This document shows, piece by piece, positions 1-14,172 of a DNA stretch of 64,000 nt. Each line of letters opens with the position of its first letter. The first letter of the stretch is position 1. This DNA is from Eledone cirrhosa (Eukaryota), in NCBI GenBank assembly GCA_964016885.1, contig OZ024753.1, positions 41,788,001-41,852,000 of the forward strand. Reading direction: 5' to 3'. The notes under the pieces are model-generated. The model ran no database searches and was not told the origin of the DNA. It saw only the letters and a list, made by a program, of their open reading frames with translations. The position numbers were made by a program, and so were the translations under genes.

Positions 1-431
1 GTTTCAGGTTTGACAGTAATATGCTTGTTACTCAGCCACACTAATATATATATATATAATCAGACACGACGATGGGACTAACATATTATATAACTTCTCG
101 TTTTCGTTGTGTATACTAATTTATTTTGTCACGAAGAGGACAGAAAAAACATTCGTCGTTGTGTATATATATATATATATGAAATACTGTTGGCTTTTTG
201 CTCACAATAATTTCTATACTTTTCATTTATATATATATATATATATATATATACTTGACTTTAAAACGAAAATTAATAGATATGTGTACAATTGAAATAA
301 GATATTGCTGCCAATATATATATATATATGTGTGTATATAGCAATATTACTTTTTGTTTAGAATAATTACTGTTATGTTTACACATCTCATATCTTCATA
401 GAATATATATATACATATGTGTATATATATG

Positions 432-474
<43 letters not shown>

Positions 475-1124
475 TCCATGTAGATGAGATGTGTAAACAT
501 AACAGTACTCTAAACAAAAAGTAATATCGCTATGTGCGCCTTCCTCTGTCTTCATTAACGAAGCTATTAATTACGTAAACATATTCTTCACTGCGGCTTT
601 TTTTTTTTTATTTTGTGTATAATGTATTGATTGCTCTTTCCTTTTGAGTTGACGAATCTCTGATTGATGAAATGAAAACGAAATTGTACCTAATTGATCT
701 ATAGATATATATATATAGAGATAAAATCTCTATATATCTCAATTTGGGGCGATAAAAGCAAGACCGGCTAAAATAAGTGTGTTTTACTTATCTTGGTTAT
801 GGTCTGTCTATGTATTAAAGACAATTAACTTTGTATTGAATGATTTATTAGTAAAAGGAATATAGCAATATGTATGGATCATAATTTTAACTCTTCAATT
901 CCTTACCAAGTAACTGGTATGTTCCTTACCAAGAATTCTGTGTATGTAGTAAATTCAGAATGATTTATTTAGTAAAAAAAAAAAAATGTTTAAAATCAAA
1001 ATATGTTTAATAATGAAAGAAAATTAATAGCAATTGATTTAAGCGAATGTAAAATGAAATGATCTGCAATTACCGTCTAATTAAAACGAAAGAACAAGTT
1101 GTTGACAACTAAACACGCGGTATT

Positions 1125-1160
<36 letters not shown>

Positions 1161-2019
1161 TATATATATATATATTTATTAAATATATATATATATATAT
1201 ATATAACATTACGGATTGCTCACAATTCTTTCAGAATAACATTATCAATATAATGCCGTTGATAAATACAAATATATACACTTTATAACAAATACAATTA
1301 ACCAATGCTTAGGAACCTCACAAAAACAACGTGTGCACGTGTCTAGATAGGAAATCTACATTACTGAATGTAAACATCTTAAGATATAAATGTTATGAAT
1401 AATGATCGTTACTGCTCAAATTATCTCTGACTTCTTGAACTAAACCTTACACAGAATAATACAATTATATATTTTATAGTAGCTGGTCCCTTACTGGGTC
1501 AGTGAGCTAAATTTAAAATTTAAAATATTTGGGGTTAATTTTTTATTATTACATATGTCGCCGTGACGAATTTTAAGGACCACAGAAAATGCATAAAAAA
1601 TCATAGAAAAAAGAACAAATTTCACCTTCAGAATTCTAACCATGCCTAAATATTATAATTATTATTTTTTACTATTACACCCGTCACACTGTTGGGTGTG
1701 CTTTCTTTTCTAAATATAATAATTTCAAGTACTTTGTTATAAATACACACTATTGGGTATCCTTTCTTCTCTAAATATAAACATTTCTCTGTTTTGGTTA
1801 TCTACACTGTATAACAATCTGGAAAGTTTGTTCAAGTTAAAGGGGGTTTTAGTTGACAAAACGTTGGGGGCTGCTGGGGTCATGCCCTTTCCAGCGCCCC
1901 TACAACTCCGGCGGGAGTTATGGGACCATTTATGAATGCATGCATACATACATATTAATCTTAAACAAATGTTTAATAAACTACACCATGAATGTTAGCT
2001 TTACATACATACATAGGTA

Positions 2020-2378
2020 CCTCTAACAAAAATACACCCCGGCCCCACTACCCCCACCCCATCCACACCACCCCTTCCAATGTAAAGTTATGTTGGTACC
2101 ACAGCATCCAGTCCGAAATAAATGAGGGCGTGTAGGTGTCACGACAAAAAAAAACACAGTCCACGCTGTAATGTGGCCGTGTAGGTAACACGGTAAAAAC
2201 CTCCCAGTCCACACTGTAAACGTGGTTGGTGTTAGGAAGGGCATCCAGCCATAGAAAACCCGCCGGACAGTCCTATACGAGCAAGACAACTAATCTTGCC
2301 TCAAATGGGAAAATTCCCGTCCAAACCCATGCTAGCGTGGAAGATGGACGTTAAACGATGATGATGATGATGATGACA
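2020..2378 (+). mobile_element. RTE-like 3' UTR fragment
   Basis: GGTTGGTGTTAGGAAGGGCATCCAGC...CCCATGCTAGCGTGGAA...(GAT)n, shared with the RTE copies. Confidence 0.8.
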
Positions 2379-2553
2379 TACATAATAAATAGATATTTAA
2401 CATTCTATAATGTTAAATCAGCCCCAGTATTTTACAGGGACATAACTAAGTAACTTAGTTGACAAAACCTTAGGGGCCGCTGGTCCTAGATTTTGTAATT
2501 CCCCCAAACGAAGTATCACAAGAATTATTGCACATCTTACCATCATCATGCTT

Positions 2554-3645
2554 ACAGAATGGAAATATAGACACAATATAATATATATACAATACTTAAT
2601 GACTACTTCTAACAGAATGGAAATATAGACACAATATAATATATATACAATACTTAATGAATACTTCTAACAGAATGGAAATATAGACACAATATAATAT
2701 ATATACAATACTTAATGACTACTTCTAACAGAATGGAAATATAGACACAATATAATATATATACAATACTTAATGAATACTTCTAACAGAATGGAAATAT
2801 AGACACAATATAATATATATACAATACTTAATGACTACTTCTAACAGAATGGAAATATAGACACAATATAATATATATACAATACTTAATGAATACTTCT
2901 AACAGAATGGAAATATAGACACAATATAATATATATACAATACTTAATGACTACTTCTAACAGAATGGAAATATAGACACAATATAATATATATACAATA
3001 CTTAATGAATACTTCTAACAGAATGGAAATATAGACACAATATAATATATATACAATACTTAATGACTACTTCTAACAGAATGGAAATATAGACACAATA
3101 TAATATATATACAATACTTAATGAATACTTCTAACAGAATGGAAATATAGACACAATATAATATATATACAATACTTAATGAATACTTCTAACAGAATGG
3201 AAATATAGACACAATATAATATATATACAATACTTAATGAATACTTCTAACAGAATGGAAATATAGACACAATATAATATATATACAATACTTAATGAAT
3301 ACTTCTAACAGAATGGAAATATAGACACAATATAATATATATACAATACTTAATGAATACTTCTAACAGAATGGAAATATAGACACAATATAATATATAT
3401 ACAATACTTAATGAATACTTCTAACAGAATGGAAATATAGACACAATATAATATATATACAATACTTAATGAATACTTCTAACAGAATGGAAATATAGAC
3501 ACAATATAATATATATACAATACTTAATGAATACTTCTAACAGAATGGAAATATAGACACAATATAATATATATACAATACTTAATGAATACTTCTAACA
3601 GAATGGAAATATAGACACAATATAATATATATACAATACTTAATA
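2554..3645. repeat. 58-bp tandem repeat, about 19 copies
   Basis: Unit ACAGAATGGAAATATAGACACAATATAATATATATACAATACTTAATGA(A/C)TACTTCTA. Confidence 0.97.
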
Positions 3646-5395
3646 AATACAATTAATTATTGCTAGGAACCTTATAAATATAATACACAAAAATATATTG
3701 TCAAGGCGAGAGAGAAAAAGAGAAAAGTGGTTGGTGTTAGGAAGGGCATCCTGCCATAGAAACCAAGCCAGAATCAGTTCTGAATGACTTATCTCACAGT
3801 GGGACAACTTGTCTAACCCATGCTAGCGTGGAAAAATGGATGTCAAACGATGATGATGATGATGATGAAACCCTTAGATTCCTGGTTTTATTTCTGTCTT
3901 AAACTTTTCTAATTCTGTTGTGATTTCTTCCATAAGGTTGAGAGCATCACCATACAGGGGCCCACAAGAATATCCTGTTTTAAATTGAGTCTCTTTAAGC
4001 TTCCATATCCTCAAGACTTTTTAGTTTTCTGTGTGATTTTAGCACGTACTTTTAGGTCACATTTAAAGAAATAACTTTACAAAGATTATACTTTTATTTA
4101 TGAGAATCTTTGTAAAATTATCTTACAACTAAATAAAGAGAACAACATTTATCTTGTTAAACTAAGTCGACTACATTCTGACTAAGATAAGCAGATGGTT
4201 TCAAATGCTAGATCTTTCTTTAGGTTAGTGATTAGTGACCTAAAAGTACATGCTAAAATCACACAGACCTAAAACGTCTGGCTAAGAATATGAAAGCTGA
4301 AAGAGCCTCCAAACAACCAAAGGTTTAATGACAGGAAACATTTCATTCACATATGATTGAAAGTTATTTAGGCTGTGGGTATTAAAGTCAAATAGAATGC
4401 TTTGTGATATTTGTTCTACTTCTCTAATCTCTGAGTTCAAATCCTGCCATGGTTAGCTTTGTCTTTCACCTTCTCAAGGTCAATAAAAAGTAGTACCAGT
4501 TCTGAACACTGTGGTTGCTTCTTCCTCTATATTTATTTTTCATTTCCTCTCTCACACTTTCTCTCTTTCTCTGGAAGAAATTAACTGTATTCAGACTTGG
4601 AAAGGGCATGACTCCACCAGGTTTTCAAATACCCAAGAGGTACCATGTCACCACAATGCCTTTACAACTCTACCTGGAGTACTTAAAGGCAGCAAATTGG
4701 TCGAGACGGATAGAATGCTTGGCAGTATTTGTTCTGGCTGTCTGGTCTCTGAGTTCAAATCCTGCCATGGTCAACTTTGCCTTTTATCCATTCCAAGTGA
4801 ATAAAAAAAAAAGTACCAGTCTGAAAGAAGCCTGTTATACTCAGACCTGGAGAGTTTTGGGCTCTGCCAGGTTTTAAAATGCCCAAGAGTCATGCCCTTT
4901 CCAGCGCCCCTACAACTCCAGCAGGAGTTATGGGACCACTCATGAATGCATACGTACATATTAATCTTAAACAAATGTTTAATATATTTCACCATGAGTG
5001 TTAGCTTAACATACATACATAATAAATAGATATTTAACATTCTAAAGTCTGTTAAATCAGTCTCGGTATTTTACTGGTACCATAATTTATTGACAACCCT
5101 CCTCCCTTGATTTTGGCGGTGTCTAAACTCAGATCCTACAGGGACGTAACTAAGTAACTAAATGCTGCATTCAGTTCATCGTTTTGTCCGATGCTCTACC
5201 GATCTGCCAACTTCCCCACTCCCTCACTAGTTGATATAGTATAAAATATTTGAAACATGCTAACTAGCTGATTGGTAATCTATTCTCTTTTATATCAATT
5301 ACTTTTGCCTTTTGTTCATTTGTGTTGCTTATACCATCCTAAATATATTTAAGTATTTATGTGTGTATATATATACATATATGTATGTATGTATG

Positions 5396-5447
<52 letters not shown>

Positions 5448-5452
<5 letters not shown>

Positions 5453-5600
5453 TGATGAGCAGAACAAACAAACATTAAACAATCCTTTAAATAAATTAAA
5501 AAATGATTTAAATATCTACCTGTTCATAATGCTATTACCGGGGATTTTTTAATTTATTTAAAGGATTGTTTAATGTTTGTTTGTTCTGCTCATCAATTTT
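5448..5600. mobile_element. MITE / short foldback with about 57-bp inverted arms
   Basis: AAATTGATGAGCAGAACAAACAAACATTAAACAATCCTTTAAATAAATTAAAAAAT and its reverse complement, next to (TA)n. Confidence 0.8.
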
Positions 5601-5702
5601 TATAGTTCTGGTATCTCGAATTAGTACCATAGAACAACAATTATATTATAGACACCCTATATATCTCTATGGGTACTTAGTACTCAGTGAGATATTTACC
5701 TC

Positions 5703-5750
<48 letters not shown>

Positions 5751-6063
5751 CATCAGCATTTAATGTCCGGTTTCCCTGCTAGAAAGAGAAAATTTGGTGC
5801 TACTAATGTATGGGCTGAATATGAGGGATTGAGATCTTTGCTGACTTAAAACAGACAGGGTGTTGTAGGGACACTTCATTGACATACAGCATTTCTAGGG
5901 AGGGGGAGGGTTACCTGGGGGGAACCCAACTCTTCTTCAGGTGTGAATAGAGCAGATTTCTTCAAGAGAAGGATAGAGAGAGTGACAGCAAGGAAGTGAG
6001 GAAGAGATAAATAGGAAGAATCGACCCCAGTACTAGACTGGTACTTTTTTTTATCAACCTTAA

Positions 6064-6283
6064 CCCTTTAGCATTTAAACCAGCCATATATGACCATAAT
6101 TCTCTCACCTCTTTCTGTTCAAACCGACTGTAATCAGCTACTCATACTGATGTTAAGGTATGTTCTCAAAATAAATAACATCAAAATCTTATAGATTCAA
6201 TATTATGTGAGATAATTATGTAAAATAAAGTCTTTACCACAAAAATACAATAGTAAATATAGAGTAATGTAAATGCTAAAGGG
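6064..6283. mobile_element. PiggyBac-like MITE; further or partial copies near 11640, 15385, 55995, 56840, 57360, 63260, 63670
   Basis: TTAA|CCCTTTAGCATTT ... AAATGCTAAAGGG|TTAG: terminal inverted repeats beginning CCC at a TTAA-like site. Confidence 0.75.
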
Positions 6284-6752
6284 TTAGATAGATGAAAGGG
6301 AAAGTTGACCTCGGTAGGATTTGACTTCGCTGAGAGCAGAAACGACTACCACAATGCACTCTGACATTCTAGCAACCTTGCCAGTCCACACCCCTTTCCC
6401 TAATCATCATCATCATCATCATCATCATTTCATTTTACGTCCACTTTTCCCTGCTTGCAAGGATGGGACGGGAACTGATTCTGGCTTGATTTCTACAGCT
6501 GGATGCCCTTCCTAACACCAACCTCATTTACAGTGTGGGCTGGGTGCTTTTTTGCCGTGGCACCTCCACAACCACTTTACAGTGGAATGATAGGGACCCC
6601 AGTCCCTATCATCTCATTTCTACAGCTGAGTAAACTGGAGCAATGTGAAATAAAGTGTCTTGCTCAAGGAAACAACACATCTATTTAATAATATCTGGTA
6701 TATTGATGAAGTTTATTGATTTTATTAATATTCCTTTCTCTTTATCTTTCAG

Positions 6753-6839
6753 AGATGAATGGGCAGAATTACTTAAAAATGTCCGAGTTGAAATAATTAG
6801 CTGTCGAAAGGATGCCGATATGGATGCCTATGTTCTAAG
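6753..6839 (+). CDS. AMD1: AMD1 exon ((R)[28 protein letters not shown](S))
   Basis: tttcAG acceptor at 6751-6752, GTaata donor at 6840; 87 nt. Confidence 0.95.
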
Positions 6840-9800
6840 GTAATATTTACATAGCTTTAGAAGAATATGGTGTAGTTATGTGGCTTAGTGGTTGGTGTGG
6901 TTGAACTTATGATCATGATGCCATGGGTTTGATTCCTAGACTAAGTGGCATGTTGAGTTCTTGAGCAAAAAAAGCATGTAATTTCATATTAATCCTGTCC
7001 ACTCAACTGAAAATGAGAACTAGCTGTAGCTTGTAACAGACTTTAACTCTGTGATGGACTGGCATCTTATCCAGGGAGTTTTGTACTCTTGGTCACTTAA
7101 CACCAATTAAACTAAGATAACCTCTAGTATAATTATCCTCCAGTTTTGAGACAGACTTTAACTCTATGATGGACTAGCATCTTATCCAGGGAGTCTTATA
7201 CTCTCAATCACTTTACACCAATGAAACCAAGATAAGCTCTAGTCTGATGATTGTCCAGGAAAAGTCATGTACTCTCAGTCACTTAACACCAATGAAACTA
7301 GGATAAGTTCCAACCTGTTCAGCCTCTGAGTTTGGAACAGACATTAACATTTTTTTTTCTTCATAGAAAAATATATTTCTTGACTTCACTGACAATTTTT
7401 TTAGTTTATATAGTTATATATTTTATTGTTTATACTCTGCAGTGAAAGCAGTATGTTTGTGACAAATCGGCGTTTTATTTTGAAGACTTGTGGTACAACG
7501 ACTCTACTTCTGGCTGTGAAACCATTGTTAAAACTAATTAAAGACAAATGTAATATTGATTCTGTTGATGTGAGTAATTTTATTTCTTTTATTCTAATTA
7601 GTGATGTGAGTAATTTTATTTCTTTTATTCTAATTAGTGAATGTGTGTTTTAAAAATATCAGGATCTATCCTAAGATAAGGATTCTTTAAACATTTAACC
7701 ATTTAGTTACCAACCTGGCCAAAACGAGCTCTGGTTCTATGAAATAAAATCACCCATTTTAAAGGTTTCCAATTTAAATTTAAATCTTCCATAATTTTAT
7801 ATAAGAACCTTACATTAAGTTACTATCTTTGAAATGAAATAATTAATACTTTTAGTAAATCCCTCAAAATTCTTCATTAATCGGTTAAAATAGACTGTAT
7901 TTCATTAGTAATACAGTCATAAAAGGATTAAATTAACAAATCTATTTTGTAATATTTTCTACTAAAATTTTGCAGGATGTTGAGAGTTAAGTGAGAAAAT
8001 GGCCTTAAAACAATGTTCCTAGTATATACTGTATAGGTTAACTGGTCAATTAAATAGTAAATTCTTGACATTTTCTTTTCTTTTTTCACAGGATGTTTTT
8101 TATTCTCGGAAGAAATTTAGTCAGCCAGAAAAACAGCATGAAATCCACCAACGCTTCGAAGATGAGGTAAAAATATGTAATATTTCATTGAATTATAATA
8201 AAGGACAAAAATTAAATTTATTGTGATAACCAACATATCTTTAAATTTTTTGCAAGTCATCATTGATCGACAAGATCCCACACCTCGTTCGCTTACTGCT
8301 GAGACGGAGCTTGTCAAATCGTACCAAGGAAACAATGTTTCCATTGGTCTTTCCAATTGCTGATACTATCTAACAGTTGCAACTCCTGGCAGAAGAAGCA
8401 ACGTGAAATAAAGTGTCTTGCTAAAGGACACAACACATCACTCAGTCCAGAAATCAAACTTTCAACCTCATGATTGCGAATTCAAATCTCTAACAAATAA
8501 GCCACACTTCTACCTACCTGCCTTACCAAAATTTTTTTTCTTTAATAATTATTCCAACCGGCAGGAAACCCAGGGGTAGACCCCGAGCAAGATGGTTGGA
8601 TAGCATCCATGAGCTTGGGGATCCAGCTAGGTCAGTTGGAGATGGTTGCTTCTGACAGGACCCACTGTTTGAGGATTCTGCCCACCACAACCTTCTCAGG
8701 AATAAGTGGGTAAAGAAAAAGAGGATTATTTCATTTATTTATTTATTATGTTGCAGTCCTGTATTAAAACGGCTGCTAAAATGTTGTGGTGTAGGCCTAT
8801 CATTTAAAGTAACTCTCTGCCTCCATTTGTATAGGTTTACTTTGTGTTTAAAAATAGTGTCAGCCATGATAGCATATACAGTAACATTATTGATTATAAC
8901 CAATCAATAATTATAGGGCGGTGAATTGGCAGTATCAGTAGAGGGTTGGACGCCATGCTTTCTAGCATAGTTACGTCCCTTTACAGTCTGAGTTCAAATC
9001 CCGCCGAGGTTAACTTTGCCTTTCATCCTTACGGGGTCGATAAAATAATGTACTGGGTAATTGCTGGCCTTGTGCCTAAAGTAGAAACAATTATTGATTA
9101 TAACCAATATCTCTCATTAAAAAAATCAATATAGTTAATATATATGTTTATTGTTTCCCTTTTCTGTTCTAGGTCAAACATTTGGATGAATTGTTTGATA
9201 GTAAGTAATGTTTTGGATAATTTAGATAAAAGAAACAAAGCAACCATATTAATTTCCAAATCTTTCAAGAAGGCACTGAATTGGCAGTCATTAGAATGTA
9301 ATATGAACATGTGTTTTATTTCTCCCCGTTCATTCCTCTTCTCACTCTTTACTTTCTATTTATATTCTATTTCTAACTCTATCTTCTGAAGAAGGACTAG
9401 TGTCGGAAACGTTAAGACTCATCAATGTACTGTGCCATTTGCTTTGTTATCATTTATTCGTCTGCTTTGCCCTGGTATATTATATAAACACTGTGAGCTA
9501 TTCCTTTTCCTTAAAAACTACCAATTACATACTAGCATTCTAATTTACTACTTTCATGTGAGAATTGTTAGTATAGTTCTACTTTTGATTGATATATATA
9601 TATAAAACATCCTGTTTATCAACAATCTGCCCTTGTGTAAAGATATTGAATTATAACAAACCAGTGTTTCCCACCAAACCATTACAGGATGTTAAGAGTT
9701 ATTCTATATTTTCTAACTGCATTCATATTAAAAAACACTGCCTGTGATTTTTAAACCCTCTTTCTTCCATGTCCTAATAGTCCTTGATCTTTCCCTCCTT

Positions 9801-12800
9801 TTCTTCTCATTTATGGCATTTATAGTGCTTTCCTATATAGCCAGGTCTGCCCTTCTTTACACATTTCCCCCTTCTTTTTTTATTATTTATATAATTCATT
9901 ATGAAAACTTAATAAATTATTTACAAAAGAAAATAATAAAGCACCAGTAACGCACTGGGGGCGATTTATTCGACTTTTCCCCCCCTAAAATTGTTGGCCT
10001 TGTGTCTATAGTAGAAATTATTGTCATTATTATTATTTTGTCTGTTTTTGCCATCAGATGGCGTTGCCTATACTCTAGGAAGAATGAACAAAGATTGTTG
10101 GTAAGTCCATTTGAAATATCACCAAAACATTTTTTCTTCTGTGTTTATTGATGAAATGGGTCTGTGGAGATCTTCGTTGAAACCACAACTGTTAATCTTG
10201 TGCCATGATAAAATGCACCCAGTGCACTCTGTAAAATGGTAGTGCTGGTGACATAATAAAATACACCAGGTGCCCTCTGTAAAGTGGTAGTGCTGGTGAC
10301 ATAATAAAATACAGCCAGTACACTCTGTAAAATGGTAGTGCTGGTGACATGATAAATGCACCCAGTGCACTCTGTAAAGTGATAGTGCTGGTGCCATAAT
10401 AAAATACACCCAGTACACTCTGTAAAGTGATAGTGCTGGTGCCATGATAAAATACACCCAGTACACTCTGTAAAGTGGTAGTGCTGGTGCCATGATAAAA
10501 TACACCAGGTATATTTCGTAAAGTGATGGTGCTCGTGTCATGATAAGCCAGCTAAACCTACATAGATGTGTGCTGTAAGGACAACAACATGATAGGTCTG
10601 GGGACCCCTATCATTGAAACACCCAAGAGACCTGTGAGATACAACCTCATAGGAGGCCAGCTAAACCTACATAGGTGTGAGCTGTAACATGATAGGACTG
10701 CAGCGCCTGTCATTAAAACACCCAAGAGACCTCTTGTGAGATACAACCTTGTCAGAGGCCAGCTAAACCTCATAGGTGTAAGCTGTAACAACCTTGTCAG
10801 AGGCCAGCTAAACCTACATAGGTGTGAGCTGTAACATGATAGGACTGCAGCGCCTGTCATTAAAACACCCAAGAGACCTCTTGTGAGATACAACCTTGTC
10901 AGAGGCCAGCTAAACCTCATAGGTGTAAGCTGTAACAACCTTGTAGGAGGCCAGCTAAACCTCATAGTATCAGCAATGAAAAGACCACTACCAAATAATT
11001 AAGTCTATATTTGTTTCATTATTTCAAAGGGTCGGACGCCATGCTTTGCAGTATAGTTATGGCCCTTTACTTTCTGAGTTTAAATCCTGCCAAGGTTAAC
11101 TTTGCCTTTCATCCTTACGAGGCCGATAAAATAAAGCACCAGTAATGCACTGGGGTAATTGCTGGCCTTGTGCCAAAAATAAAAACAGTTATTTCAATCT
11201 TTTACAAATTACAGCCATTTTTTTTGTTTATATTTAATTCATATTTGCTTTTGTTAGGTATTTGTATACACTGGATGATGAGAAAATCTCTGAACCTGAT
11301 CAAACATTTGAAATATCCTTCACTAGTATGACTAAGACTAACACTGCCTGAGCAGGAAAAAAAGGTCTTAAAATCTCCTTCTTATTGTTGTGGTTGTTAT
11401 GTTGTCAAATATCTTCAGTTGTGTCAAAGACATGACAACTTATCTAGTGCAGAACATGGGATTATATTATATGTTGGGCTCTGGACTGACATTTTCTGTT
11501 GAATCAATTCAGGATGTTAAAAGCTAAGTAAACCAAGGCTAAATCCTGGTTATATAATAATGTGCAAAAAGAAAAGAATTCCTAGAAAAAAAGTCATTCT
11601 TTATCGAGATAGACTTTCTGTATTAACTTTCTTTATTAACCCTATAACATGTACATTACTCTAGATATATACTATTGTATTTACACAGTAAATGTTTTTC
11701 CTTACATAACATTGAATCTATGAGATTTTGATATTATTTATTTTGAGAACAATACCACAACGTCGGTATGAGTGGCGCTTTGACACTCTTATAATATCAG
11801 ATAGAATACTTTATGGTATTCATTTCATCTCTATGTTCTGAGTTCAAATCCTGCCAAAGTCAACTTTGCCTTTCATCCTTTTGGGGTCAATAAATAAAGT
11901 AGCAATTCTGTACTGGGGTCACTTCTTCCTCTATATCTCATTCTCTCATTCTCCCATTCTCTGGAAGAAGATATTAGCTATGTTCTGACATGGAGAGGGA
12001 ATGGAGTTCTGCCATGTTTTACAAAATATCCCAAGACACTGTATGTCACTATGGCACCCCTACGTGTCTATCAGTTGTTACAAGTCCATCCATCCATCCA
12101 TTCATATATATATATATCAAGTTTTCCTTAACATTCTTACCTACTTATGTGGAACATGGATGAAGAAAAAATGAAGATCTTCACCAAAGAAGTCAGTTCT
12201 AGTGGAACCGAAGCCAGCCAGGTTTGTTGATAAATTCTTCATTTATTGTCGAATTTGATGATGGAACCTCTTTAGATATTCATAAAATGGTGTGTTTGAT
12301 TTTTTGGGAGGTGAAATATTCACATCCAAAGGTGTGATATTCACCTTCTAAAAGAAACAGGTGTGATATTCACCTCCCAAGTTAAACAGGTGTAATATTC
12401 ACCTTCAAAGTGAAACAAGTGTAATATTCACCTCCAAAGTGAAACAAATGTAATATTCACCTTCAAAGTGAAACAAGTGTAATATTCACCTTCAAAGTGA
12501 AACAGGTGTGATAGTAAAGTGTAAACAGAATATTTTATTATAAATATGATCATGACATAGTTATTTCTATTTTTTATTATTCTTTTCTCCAGAAATGTGG
12601 AATTGACAAGCTGTTACCCAATATTTTAATTGATGATTATTTATTTGATCCATGCGGATATTCTATGAATGGTATAATGCCAGGGGTAAATAAATCCTTT
12701 ACTTTTTTAGATTCTTGAACTTTGAGGAAACCTTGATATCATGAAAAAAATTTCAAGTTGTACTTGATCTGAGACTGTGTTGAAACTAAAGTAATTACAT

Positions 12801-14122
12801 CATAGAAAAGTCATTTTAGCCACAGTTGTACATGTCTAGCAGATGACTTGATCTGAGACTGTGTTGAAACTAAAGTAATTACATCATAGAAAAGTCATTT
12901 TAGCCACAGTTGTACATGTCTAGCAGGTGACTTGATCTGAGACTGTGTTGAAACTAAAGTAATTACATCATAGAAAAGTCATTTTAGCCACAGTTGTACA
13001 TGTCTAGCAGATGACTTGATCTGAGACTGTTGAAACTAAAGTAATTACATCATAGAAAAGTCATTTTAGCCACAGTTGTACATGTCTAGCAGATGACTTG
13101 ATCTGAGACTGTGTTGAAACTAAAGTAATTACATCATAGAAAAGTCATTTTAGCCACAGTTGTACATGTCTAGCAGGTGACTTGATCTGAAACTGTTGAA
13201 ACTAAAGTAATTACAGCTAGAAGATTCATTTTAACCACAGTTGTACATGTCTGGTCTGAGACTACATATGGATATATCCCTCTATATTATAAAAACAATA
13301 TCGGTTACATATAAATGTCTTGATCATTATCATCATCATTATTTAATACAACATCATCATCATTTAACGTCTATCTTCCATGCTAGCATGCGTTAGACGA
13401 GGAATTGTCCCAGCAACTATCTCTGAAGGTCCAGTTGCCTTGCATATCTTCATATCTTTGATTGCCTTACTTATTATACTACCATTAACTTGCACAGCTG
13501 CTCCCTCTATTGGATCGATTTGGGACAGACTATCTTTTTCCCATTTATTCTCCTCATTTAATAGTCTCTCGTAGTGACACTTCCAAGCTACCTTCTTATC
13601 AGTATCAGTGAGGGCAAGTACACCATTATCATTACGGACACGGTTTTCCTTGACACATTGTTTTGTGATCCTGAAGACCTCACGTTTTTGGTCCTCGCAT
13701 TGTATAACATAGATGTTAATTTGTTTCATGTTTAGAGAGGGTCATGATGTCCTAATATTTCCAGAAAAAAATAGCAAAACACACTCACTGTTTGGTTTGA
13801 TTTTCACTTCAGTATATTGTTATATTTCTATAAATAATTAAGCTGGCAATCAGTGTTTATCATTGATTGACCAACAGTTAAAAATATAAATATATATATA
13901 GTTTTTCAAAGTTCTTTCATCACACATATCTGTGACATCATCAGTGATTATCATGTTTAATTACTTCTAAATTACTTTGTTGTTCTATTTACAGGGTTAT
14001 TACATTACTACTCATGTTACACCAGAGCCTCAGTGTTCTTACGTCAGTTTTGAAACTAATGTGTCTCATGTAAGAGTATTTTATTTCTTATCAGATTTTC
14101 TTTATTTCTAAAGCATTGAATG

Positions 14123-14172
<50 letters not shown>

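Noticed and set aside
1-6752. AMD1 first exon (FEGxEKLLE motif) and its regulatory uORF
   Set aside because: Not found by eye; probably upstream of the window.
10119-10965. ORFs of 140 and 135 aa on the - strand
   Set aside because: Translations of tandem repeats inside an AMD1 intron.
12141-12144. Alternative AC acceptor at 12143-12144
   Set aside because: Would shift the frame; AC at 12139-12140 preserves the conserved protein.
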